Positions 52,627 through 64,000 of a stretch of 64,000 nt of DNA are shown here, one piece after another. The notes below the pieces were generated by a model that saw only the letters and a list, made by a program, of their open reading frames with translations, ran no database searches and was not told the origin of the DNA. The position numbers and the translations under genes are program-made. The first letter of the stretch is position 1. Each line of letters starts with the position of its first letter. Source of the DNA: Chrysomallon squamiferum (taxonomy: Eukaryota; Animalia; Mollusca); assembly GCA_012295275.1 (NCBI GenBank), contig CM022667.1, positions 8,556,001-8,620,000 on the forward strand, in the 5' to 3' direction.

Positions 52627-54964
52627 AGATGTGAAAGCGGGATTCAAATACTTTTTGGAAAGATATTTCAACATGACAGCAAATTTGCAGGTTTACCAAT
52701 GTAAATGACAAAGAACATCTATTACATAATGTATTACAAATTCTGCAGGATTATAATGAAACATTTCCCAATTATTAAGAACATTTTTTTTTTTTTTTTG
52801 GCAAATATGAAATGTTTGTTTGTTCTTACAGAATGTTTAACATTTTTGGTCACCATGGGACCACATGTAACTGGTACTCTTCTTTATAATAAAATATTTG
52901 TGTTATGAAGATTTGTTGTGTTTTGTTTGCAGTATCTGAACATGTCCTGTGGGTTATTTTATTTATTTTTTATCAAGCTGTTCTTTTATTCATTTAGTCT
53001 TATTAAGAATAATTCTTATCCCATTCTGAATAAAAAATATAAGATATTTAATAATTTTGAAAAGGGACTAGACACAGCATGATGTTTAATTTGTTGATGG
53101 GAAGGGGATTTGAATCCTCTGTATCTCAGATTTTAATCACCAAGTGAAAAACACATTTATTTTACTTTTTGAGTTCAAATTCACGCTGGCTAATTTTAGT
53201 ACTGTGATAACTGCTTATAGTTTATTAATATAAATCAATCTCAGTAAAAAAAAAAAAAAATTCTTTGAACTATAAGCCATTTTAAGATATTTGGCCATTT
53301 CACCCAAACCTTCGTAACTGTTGATAGAAAAACTACTGATGCTTACAGAACCAATATTGCTCTCAATTACAATACAGAGTTTGACAGATTCCTTTCAACA
53401 ACATTGTTATGGGAGACACTTGGGTAACATGATCCATGATGGCTCACCTAAGAGACCAATGAGCCACCTATTGGGGTGCTGTGGGACATGATCTCAAACA
53501 GTGAAACTAGCTTAAAATATTTTTATTTTTAAATTTATGTCGTAACTTTCATCTGAGAAGCACCTACTGCAATAAACTAAGGAGTGAATTACTTTTTCAA
53601 CACACTGACCTCAGTCTAGGGCATACTGTGCTATTGGCTCAGGTGCCATGGTTCCAGAGTAGTTTCAAAAATCCTAAACCAATGTTAAATCTTACTCAAG
53701 ATTGAACTCATCAAAACTGACATTGAGTTGTAAGATTCCCTTCTGCCTTTTGGTAGTTTGCACAAGAAGTTTATGAAGGACATCCAACACCAAATCTGCC
53801 TCAACAGAGCTTGTATGTTCCTGGACAGGCTGAATAAATGCACATGACACCACTTTCATTGAGTTAGCTCAGTGTACCAGAGAAACACAGCTGATTCACT
53901 AAAATTGTATTTAGAAGTCAAAAGAAATTACTAACAAAAAACACACACCTTTTCAGGATCTATGAAATAAGCAACACCATCTCAATATTAAACTGTAATC
54001 AAAACAAACAATAAATTACTCGTTAGTCAAAAAACTTAACTTTTGTATTGGTGACCTGTTGCAAAGCTCTCTAAACAGTATATAGTAGTTCCATTGATGG
54101 TGCATAGATGTCACTACCATTTTGCAGTCAGGAGTTTATGGGGTGTCTCAAAGTTTCAAAGTTTTCCCTATTTCATAGAATTTGTTGTACATGATTAAAC
54201 ATGAAACTAATTATAATAAATAAAAGATAACTTGTTGCTACGTTTTTAATAAAAAGAGCAAATCTGTTGTTATTTTTATCATTCAGTGTATACCTGTTTC
54301 ATTATGTGTATTGTTCTTAACATGTATGTTAAAAATAAGTCGTATATCTGGGAGTCAACCATTCGATTAAGTGTGCTGGACATAATTTCGATCATTTCAT
54401 TTTCGATACGAAATAAGAAGTGGTACAAAGACAAATACTTATTTACACTGGTCCACATATACATGCACATATATGGATAAATGTGTGCATCAACCTGTCG
54501 TCCTTATACTCAAATACGTGCACTAGTAAAGCAGTAAAAATGTGACTATGAATAATTACGCAATGATCATGATCATGATGCATTACTATATATAATTATA
54601 ATATAATGAATATACACGATCGTAATACTAATAGTAATAGTGGACGAACTGTTTAATGACTGAATCGAATGATACAGGTATAACGTTCCGAAAGTGACTT
54701 AATATAAGTAACCTTTTTCTTCTTTTTTTTACTTTATTATTATTATTCTTAATAATTAATATAATGATTGTAGAGAGCAACTCTTCCTAATTCAAAGCTT
54801 ACGAAACAAGAAACCGGAAGTAAACTGGTACTTCTCTTTGTGAAAATATATAAAAAACAGTCTAATGAAGAAAATGACGCTTGGGTTTTCCTATTTTTGT
54901 TTGAGGAAGCTTAATGTTCTCTTGGTGATAAATATATAATAAAAATTGTAAGTTGTTGTTCATA

Positions 54965-57900
54965 ATGAATGACCATGGCTCACAATTTTTCATTCTTCTT
55001 GTCCAAAAGCTTGGGAAGAAAAAAGATAAGGCTGTATTTTCATCACTACGATCGGGTTCTCGATCAAAAACTGTTCTCGCTGGGTCGCTTCTATTTTTTG
55101 TTGATCAGCTGTCCAAAGGACAGGATTACGCACTTATTCTCGAAACATTCGACTCAGACTGTCTTCAGGTAACGTGTATTCCTGGAGAGGTGGAATTAAT
55201 AGAAAGAGAAGTCCAAGAATTATTAATTCCAATACCAAATTGCGCAGAACGTTTAGCTGTTTATCAAGACAAGGAGTGGCTAGCAGAAGTACAGACTCTT
55301 AAAAAAGGGGACAGAGTTTTTGTTAAAATGAAAAATCATGAAAGTGAATTGGAAGGAATTGTTAAATACCGTGGCCCTTTACCAGAGAGTGAAGGAATAT
55401 CATTTGGAATTGAATTGGTATGTGTGTTATATCCCGTTTTCTTTAACTCACACTAATTAAAAATAAAATAAAAATATAAAACAAATTGTGTGTGTGTGTG
55501 TGTGTGTGCGTGTGTGTGTGAAGAACAACCAGACCTCACACACATACACATATGTAGACGTATACATATACACAGTAACTCATGTTTAATTAATAAACTC
55601 CTTAGCCAAAACAATTGTAATGTAGTGATTAAGTGAGTTATCTCCCCTTGAAAACTTCATTAATTTGTTACAGACCTTTTGGGTTATTGGAGATTTACAG
55701 TTTTTTGTTTTGTTATTTCATAAACATTTTTTATTTTCAAAACAACACTTTTAATATAATTGCTTTTCAAACTTTTTATTTTTTTAAATTAAATTTGTTA
55801 TTATTATTATTATTATTATTCCTGCTGAGAAGAAAATATATTAGCAGAGATAACTGTCTTTGATCTGGCATTTAATCTTTCTGCATTTTGCTTTTTATAT
55901 CTACACTGAAAGTGAAGTAGGAGTTGCATTTCCTTCAAATTATACGTTGAACTAGGTTTCTTTGATGATAGTACTTTAACTTCTGTCATGTTGAGATATT
56001 TTAATGTAAAATTATGGTGCAACACCTCCTCAAAAAGGGTTAAAGCAGCAGGTATTTTTAGTGAAATTATCTCAGTGAAATATAATTTAGTGTATTATGT
56101 CAAGATATCTCATCATTGGCAGTCTTCTGTCATGTTGAGATATCTTGCCAACAGTATTATTCTGTTATACTGTTACATATAACCATTGTCACCAAAAGGG
56201 TTAAACCTTCAGACTATGCTAACTATAGAGTTGTAGAAGATATAGACATTATATATACCAACAGTATTATTCTGTTATACTGTTACATATAACCATTGTC
56301 ACCAAAAGGGTTAAACCTTCAGACTATGCTAACTATAGAGTTGTAGAAGATATAGACATTATATATACCAACAGTATTATTCTGTTATACTGTTACATAT
56401 AACCATTGTCACCAAAAGGGTTAAACCTTCAGACTATGCTAACTTCAGAGTTGTAGAAGATATAGACATTATATATACCAACAGTATTATTCTGTTATAC
56501 TGTTACATATAACCATTGTCACCAAAAGGGTTAAACCTTCAGACTATGCTAACTTCAGAGTTGTAGAAGATATAGACATTATATATACCACCGAATTAAC
56601 AGTTGTCAACAGAGACAGATAAGTATATTTCTGTGCATAATTTTCAACAGAATTCTCTGATGATAATAATAAGATATTGTTTCTTATGACTGTGCAGTGA
56701 CACATAGGAAAGAAAAGTTATATTAATTATTTAGTTAATTATTTTTTAAATTATTATTATTATTATTTATTATTTATTTCTTTCTTTAATTATCTACCCC
56801 ACCCCCAATCAGATTTGTTTCTAACCATATTTATCTACTTCGCAGGATAAGAAAGGATTAGGAACTTGCGATGGAATGTTCAGAAAACAGAGATTCTTTA
56901 CCTGTCCTCCTGACAGTGCTGTGTTTTGTGCCGCTCATCGCGTTCGGAAACGAAGCGTTGTCAATAACCCACATGTGTGGGTGAAAGAAACTCTGAGCAG
57001 TCCTGTGTCTGTTAGTGAAGATGTGCAAGAGAGACTCAAGATAGGAGACAGAGTTGTGTGGATGAGTGACCACGGGCCTGAAGCAGGAAGTGTGAAATGG
57101 ATTGGCATTCTGCCTGGAGATCTGAAAGGGGAAACAACTGTTGGGGTTGAATTTGTATGTTTGTTTTTACATTACTTGGTGTGGAATGCTGGTGTGTCGC
57201 AATGAAATATTCAAATTTACATGAATTTAATACTTACAAACAAATATATATAGATATATACACAGACATATACACACACATACAAATTTACTATCTGTAC
57301 ACGTAATTTACTGTAGAAATATATAAAGACTATTATAATATAGAAACAAAAACATCACAGATGTTAAATAATGAGATGTCATGTATTATTTGAAATGGTT
57401 TGTAACAAAGATAATAAAGAGAACAATAATTCTAAAATAAGAGTAGTTCTAAAAATTAGTTTAAAAAACACTTATATATTTATTTATTTTAAAGAAAACT
57501 CTATTTAATGGTTAGTTTGAAATACTAACATTTTGTTAGCTTTTAAAATTAATACCAAAGGATGAAAATAATTAAATTTGGAATATTCCCAAACTATAAA
57601 TATTGTTTTTATTTTTATATTTTAATTGATACTTGTGCTGGTGAGAACAAAATGTCTACTGGGCTAATTTCACATTCTAACCAGTTACTGCATACTAGCT
57701 TATCAAATGCTGCAGTGTTAGTTTTTCCAAGGGAATCTGATTTTAAAAGAACATTGTAGAATAGCCCATAGAATGGTGACTATTAATATTTCATGCAGCT
57801 GTGACAGACAACCCCCCACCTTTACATTTGTTAAACATTTGTAAGTATAATATGTTATTTCATAGCCTTCTGTGAAAGTTGATGGTATATTAATTAATTT

Positions 57901-58307
57901 GTTTTATCCTGTAATATTTTTATTTATTTATTTTGTTTTTCATTTATTCATTTTACCTGTGTTGTAAAATTTCAGGATGAGGCAGTTGGTTCAGGAACAG
58001 GAAAATACAAAGAACACAGATTATTTTTCGCCAAGCAGAATCATGCATCTCTTATTCCTTTGTTAGGCCTTATAAAAGAAGAAGAATTTTATTCTCCTGT
58101 TAATTGTAAGCATCATTCATCTATATATTATTTATCATTACTTTATAAATATCTCTACGCTGTGCATTTGACTGTTCAGTTGTTTTCCAAGAAACCTCAA
58201 ATATTAGTTGCAGGTAAATGGTTTATAAGACAAGGAATAAAAACATTAAGTTCAGGTCCTTTTCATGATGCACTATCATGTGACAGTGGATAAATGTGTG
58301 TGTGTGT

Positions 58308-58347
<40 letters not shown>

Positions 58348-61126
58348 GGTATTTGAAACAAGTAATTGTTGGTTATGATTATATATTCATTCATTATTTT
58401 TATATATAACATTAATTTTAATTAAAATATTTATTTTATTTTTTAAATTTATTTATTGTGTTTTAGCTAATAATATTCAGCAATTTAACTATAACCAGCA
58501 ATTTATTAATTAAAATTTGTTTTATTATGTTTATAATAAACAAGTATATTTATTTTTTCTTTCTTTATTAGTATATGCATTCATGTTATGATTTTTTACT
58601 TATTTATTTATTAATTTACTTTTTTTTTTTTTTTTTTTTTTTTAAGCTAATATTCCTAAAACAGTAACTGAAAATACAGTGGAAGATTCAAAACCAAAGA
58701 GTCATTTTAAAGATGAAAGACCTTCACCCGAGTTTGACAACAATGAAGTAGCTTTGAAATCAATGGGCCATAAGATGGGGAAAGGAATGAACCCACTTTA
58801 CGAGTTTAACAAACACCAAGGTACGAACTACGTCAACTTTAATAAATATCTCATTGTTAAACAAAATTCACAACCAAAAACGTTAACATACCAAATAAAA
58901 GTTGATGGATCTAAATTAAATCTAAATAAAAAAATCTTTATCCTTGCAGGTTATTATTTTGTTGTTTTATGTTTTATCACTGTTGATGAAGCATGACAAT
59001 AAAATAATTATTTTACTAAAAGTTTCGTATTCTTTGCCATCGAATGCTGTTTGCAGAATATTTAAATGCCACCATCTTGCTCTGGTGACATCACTGAGTA
59101 CACAAAGACTGTTCTGTGAAGAAACATGATATCGCCATAGTGATCAGATATTTCTCATTCTACACCTTTGTTTGTAATGTGCATGTATACTAACATACTT
59201 TGCTGCTATTTAAAAACTGTAGTTGACACCATTATAAATTAGTAGTATTTAAAATATACTTTTTTCTTTCCTTCTCTTAAATCAGTTTCAAAGAGAGTGA
59301 AACAAATGCCATTATCCTCTTTAAGGTGTCTCTTTAGAACAGTGTCTTGATATAATCAGAAACTGGAAGTTGTTTTTATTTCTTAGTTTAATATGTCTCT
59401 TTAGAGCTGTATGTCTTGTGAAAATAATCACAAACGTGAATTCAGTTTTCTCACTTGCAGACTAACTAGGGAAGTTTACTTGATATATTTATTAAATACT
59501 TCCTTCTTTATTTCTGTTGTCTTACATTATGTGTAAATATCACAGACGAAGGACACTGTAAACTTTTGAAGTATTGCACACTTATCATTAAGAACATCTT
59601 TACTTTCTTTTTTTTCTTCTTCCCCCATACATCGTGCATGTGTGTTAAAGACATCTTCAGTGAAGTAAATATGAATCTGTTTTACTTAATTTGAAGACAT
59701 TTTTAAAAACATAAATAAATAGGTATGTCTGTGTGTTTTATGTGCTCTTTCCACCTCTTATGTTACAGGATGTAGTTTTCTTGACTCATGGATTTAAACA
59801 TTCTTCCTGCTTTAATAATATTGAGCAAATAAATACATTAAAAAAAAATATATATCCCCCCCCCCCAAAAAGAAGTTATTTGCGGTTGGTGTCAGCTTAA
59901 CTTTGGGCTGTGAATTGAATTCTTAATGCAAACATTCAAACTAGTTGTATCACTGATAATATCACAGCTCACCTCATTATAATGAGGTGAGTCACTCTGC
60001 TAAAAATAGACACAAGTAATATCTGGTGATATGTGGGGAATCCCTCCAACATGAAACTGAGTCCTGATGTATTTGTTCAGTCTTTTTTTTTTTTCCCCAA
60101 TGAAGAAATACCAGCAGAGAGTTGTAGCTCACAATCCTGAATACAAATGCAAACCACATCATGGTTAGTATTTAATATTTCAGTGCTGTCTTATTTATTT
60201 TACTCCTGAAGAAAATATGAAGTGTGTTTTTAAATGACATGAAAGTGGGAGGAGACAATATGTTAAATAAATATAATAAAAGATTTTTCTATGTTTAATT
60301 TTTTATTTTGCTTAATTAAATAAATCATTGTTTGTCTTTAATATTTTTTAAACAGATTCTGTGTTTTAGCCTTTCTAAGCGTAAAGAGTGTACTCTGTGT
60401 TTTTTTGAGTTTTGTGTTTAATTAGACTTTTCATCAGTTACTGACACAGGTTCAGCGGTGTAGCCATGGAAACTGGCAAGATCTGAAGCTGCATCTCTGT
60501 CCAAACATGACACCCATCTGTCAGATATCTTTACCATATTTTCAGCTCAGAAATTTCAGTCAGGTTTAATAGAAAGTACTCAGTGATGCCTGTCTCCCCT
60601 TCTCCAGGCAGTGCCTAGGTCATGTGCCGTGTTTGTGTATGTTGGGTGTGGCACTGTATGGGAAGCCTGTGTATCTGTGCAAGAAATAAAGATTTATAAT
60701 GATGTACACTTTCCCAGAGGAAGGAAAGAACAGCATGTTTCATCTTTGATAGTGTTTGTGAGTCATTGTTTGGAATGGGTAAAGACAGCCGATGTTCTCA
60801 GTGTGTGATCTATTTATTTAGAAATTGTAATGATTCATACATTTTTATTTGTTGGTCTATAATACTCTGTTTAAAAAAAAAAAAAAAAAATAGAAAAACA
60901 AATTCATCACTGTAAAGAAGTAGAAAAGAAATGATTAATGTAAGCTTTTAGATTTAAAACACATACCTAAATAAATACATACACCCACCCATATCTGTGT
61001 TTCTGTTTAACTGTCTATTTATCTAATCCATCTGTCTGTCTGTCTGCCTGTATGTCCATCACAGAATTTATTTATTTATATATGTATTTATATATTTATG
61101 TATTTATTTATATATATATATATGTA

Positions 61127-61159
<33 letters not shown>

Positions 61160-61543
61160 GTATTTATTTGTATATGTATGTATGTATTTATTTATATATG
61201 TATGTATGTATGTATGTATTTATTTATTTATTTATATATGTATGTATTTATTTATTTATTTATGTATTTATTTATTTATGTATGTATTTATTTATTTATA
61301 TATGTATTTATTTATTTATATATGTATTTATTTATATATATATGTATTTATTTATTTATTTATATAAATATGTATCTATTTATTTATTTATGTATTTATG
61401 TATTTATTTATTTATTTATTTATATATGTATTTATTTATGTATTTATTTATTTATATATGTATTTATTTATATATATATGTATTTATTTATTTATTTATA
61501 TAAATATGTATCTATTTATTTATTTATTTATGTATTTATGTAT

Positions 61544-61578
<35 letters not shown>

Positions 61579-63015
61579 TATATGTATTTATTTATGTATT
61601 TATTTATTTATATATGTATTTATTTATATATATATTTATATATATACTTATATATGTATTTATAGATTTATTTATTTATTTATACAGATGTCAGTAAGCC
61701 AGGTTTGGAGGTGGTCAGTCCCATGTCTCCAAAACTACAAAAAGCTGATCCAGACTTGACTCTGGACTCCATGGTGGAGGTGCTCGGCAACCCCACGCTG
61801 TACGGAGTCATTCGCTGGATCGGAGCCACGGAGGAGCAGCCATACAAACAAATAGCAGGCCTGGAAATGGTCACTAAAATAATTTTATAAACTATTTTTT
61901 TAAATCACAGTAACAGTAACGTTTTCAAAATTACTTCTTCTGTTTTAAATTGATACGTTGTAACTCGTTTTCAACATAATCATAAATAATGTTTTAAAAA
62001 AAAAAAAAATTTAATTCTTTTTGCTTTCTTCTGTTTTTTTCTTTCTTAAAGAATGTTTATATATGTATATTAATATTTGTAAAATGTCTGTGACTAACAT
62101 TAATATATGCATTTGTTTATGAATGAAATATTTTATAAATTAAATTTAGTAAAAAGAAATAAAAACGAACAAAAAAAATCCAATAAACATTAATTAGCAT
62201 CATGTCTCAATCTAAGACAAACACACACACACACATATTTCATTTAATATTAAAATTATTTTAATTTTATGTATTTATTTATTTATTTATTTATTTTAGG
62301 AAGAAGAAATATCGGCTGGGACTGACGGAACGTTTAAAGGAAAGCGCTGTTTTCAGTGTGCACCGAAACGAGCGCTCTTTGTACCACTGTACAAGTGTAA
62401 GAAAGACCAACGCTTCCCAGCAAAAACAGCCATGGAACTGCAAGGAGCAGAAGGTAAACAGGGATATGTGTGCTACCATCAGCCCGTTTGTCAGTCCAGT
62501 TTCAGTTCTCCACCATATTTGTCCCTTAAATGTGTCATTAATAACAACATGTTATTGTTTATAGAAATTAAAATTACATTATAATGAATATTTTTTTTTT
62601 TTTTTTTTTTAATCACAGTGTTACGGTAAATTTCTTATTGTTTTTCACACGACAAACCAAAAAAATATAAAGCAGAAAGAAAAAGAAAACAGTATAAAAC
62701 CCTTACAGAAGCAGTATTAATAAAGTGATGTTTTATTTTCATCTGTATTTTTATAGCATTTGGTACAAAACCAACTCCAGTTATCAAAGGCTCAGTTTGT
62801 CCTGCGACTTGTCTTGATGTTCAAATGATAGGAAAGAACAAAGGGATTCAGGGACATCACAACTCCTGTTACTTGGACGCCACTCTCTTTGCTATGTACG
62901 CTTTCACTACTGTGTTTGACAATATTCTACACAGACCGAGGAAGCCGGGTGATTTGAAAGAGTATGACGAAGTGCAGAGAGTTCTCAAAGATATGATTGT
63001 TAATCCACTGCGAAA
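54965..63015 (+). CDS. CYLD: Ubiquitin carboxyl-terminal hydrolase CYLD (three CAP-Gly domains and start of USP domain); continues beyond the window
   Basis: Exons 54965-55417, 56846-57154, 57976-58105, 58647-58820, 61688-61869 (YGVIRWIG..AGLEM), 62300-62453 (GTDGTFKGKRCFQC), 62757-63015 (Cys box KGIQGHHNSCYLDATLF..IVNPLR); phases consistent. Confidence 0.94.
56148..56592. repeat. 110-bp tandem repeat, 4 units, CYLD intron 1
   Basis: Same unit as 41197-42522. Confidence 0.95.
59968..60163 (+). promoter_or_regulatory. Candidate internal CYLD promoter and alternative first exon
   Basis: 24-bp perfect palindrome 59968-59991, AP-1 TGAGTCA 59988-59994, NF-kB GGGGAATCCC 60035-60044, ATG 60100 open to G|GTTAGT at 60163 (phase 1, matches exon 61688). 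Confidence 0.45.
61066..61684. repeat. (TATT/TATG/TA)n low-complexity tract
   Basis: Visible; source of spurious YLFI ORFs. Confidence 0.95.
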
Positions 63016-63978
63016 GTGAGTGTTCACTGCTGTTAATACGCTACAAGAACTAGTGTCACTTTAGAGATATGATTGTTAATCCACTGCGAAAGTGAGTGTT
63101 CACTGCTGTTAATACTCTACAAGAACTAGTGTCACTTTAGAGATATGATTGTTAATCCACTGCGAAAGTGAGTGTTCACTGCTGTTAGTACTCTACAAGA
63201 ACTAGTGTCACTTTAGAGATATGATTGTTAATCCACTGCGAAAGTGAGTGTTCACTGCTGTTAGTACTCTACAAGAACTAGTGTCACTTTAGAGATATGA
63301 TTGTTAACCCACTGCGAAAGTGAGTGTTCACTGCTGTTAATACTCTACAAGAACTAGTGTCACTTTAGAGATATGATTGTTAACCCACTGCGAAAGTGAG
63401 TGTTCACTGCTGTTAATACTCAACAAGAACTAGTGTCACTTTAGAGATATGATTGTTAACCCACTGCGAAAGTGAGTGTTCACTGCTGTTAGTACGCTAC
63501 AAGAACTAGTGTCACTTTAGAGATATGATTGTTAATCCACTGCGAAAGTGAGTGTTCACTGCTGTTAGTACTCTACAAGAACTAGTGTCACTTTAGAGAT
63601 ATGATTGTTAACCCACTGCGAAAGTGAGTGTTCACTGCTGTTAGTACTCTACAAGAACTAGTGTCACTTTAGAGATATGATTGTTAACCCACTGCGAAAG
63701 TGAGTGTTCACTGCTGTTAGTACTCTACAAGAACTAGTGTCACTTTAGAGATATGATTGTTAATCCACTGCGAAAGTGAGTGTTCACTGCTGTTAATACG
63801 CTACAAGAACTAGTGTCACTTTAGAGATATGATTGTTAACCCACTGCGAAAGTGAGTGTTCACTGCTGTTAGTACTCTACAACAACTAGTGTCACTTTAG
63901 AGATATGATTGTTAACCCACTGCGAAAGTGAGTGTTCACTGCTGTTAATACTCTACAAGAACTAGTGTCACTTTAGAG
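62989..63978 (+). repeat. 76-bp tandem repeat, 13 units, reiterating the last 27 nt of a CYLD exon plus 49 nt GT...AG
   Basis: GTGAGT at 63016, 63092, 63168 ... 63928. Confidence 0.97.
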
Positions 63979-64000
63979 AGACAGTTATAATACTAATCCT

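Noticed and set aside
61052-61697. Long hydrophobic YLFI ORFs resembling membrane proteins
   Set aside because: Translation of a (TATT/TATG)n tract within a CYLD intron

Overview
AT-rich, microsatellite-dense, intron-containing animal DNA (mollusc/cephalopod-like by inference, not proven). I hand-assembled four genes from GT/AG boundaries and exon phases. (1) The 3' part of a GPI-type thioester protein (CD109/TEP, +, to 20694), whose bait region is encoded by at least five paralogous phase 0->1 exons that cannot be joined pairwise in frame (mutually exclusive array). (2) DHRS4-like SDR (-, 24252-28692). (3) TK2-like deoxynucleoside kinase (+, 30135-36360). (4) CYLD (+, 54965 to beyond the window end). 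Between TK2 and CYLD lies a segmental duplication in which CYLD exons 1-3 were amplified together with degenerate TK2 5' sequence. A captured 47-nt TK2 exon bridges the reading phase, so one spliced ORF of about 720 aa can be drawn: tandem CAP-Gly modules, no deubiquitinase domain. Other stand-out signals: a conserved, co-varying stem over the acceptors of the CD109 alternative exons; minisatellites that start at splice donors and multiply them (four cases); an intronic array antisense to those donors; and an NF-kB/AP-1 cluster before a candidate internal first exon of CYLD. All splicing claims are predictions from DNA and need transcript evidence.
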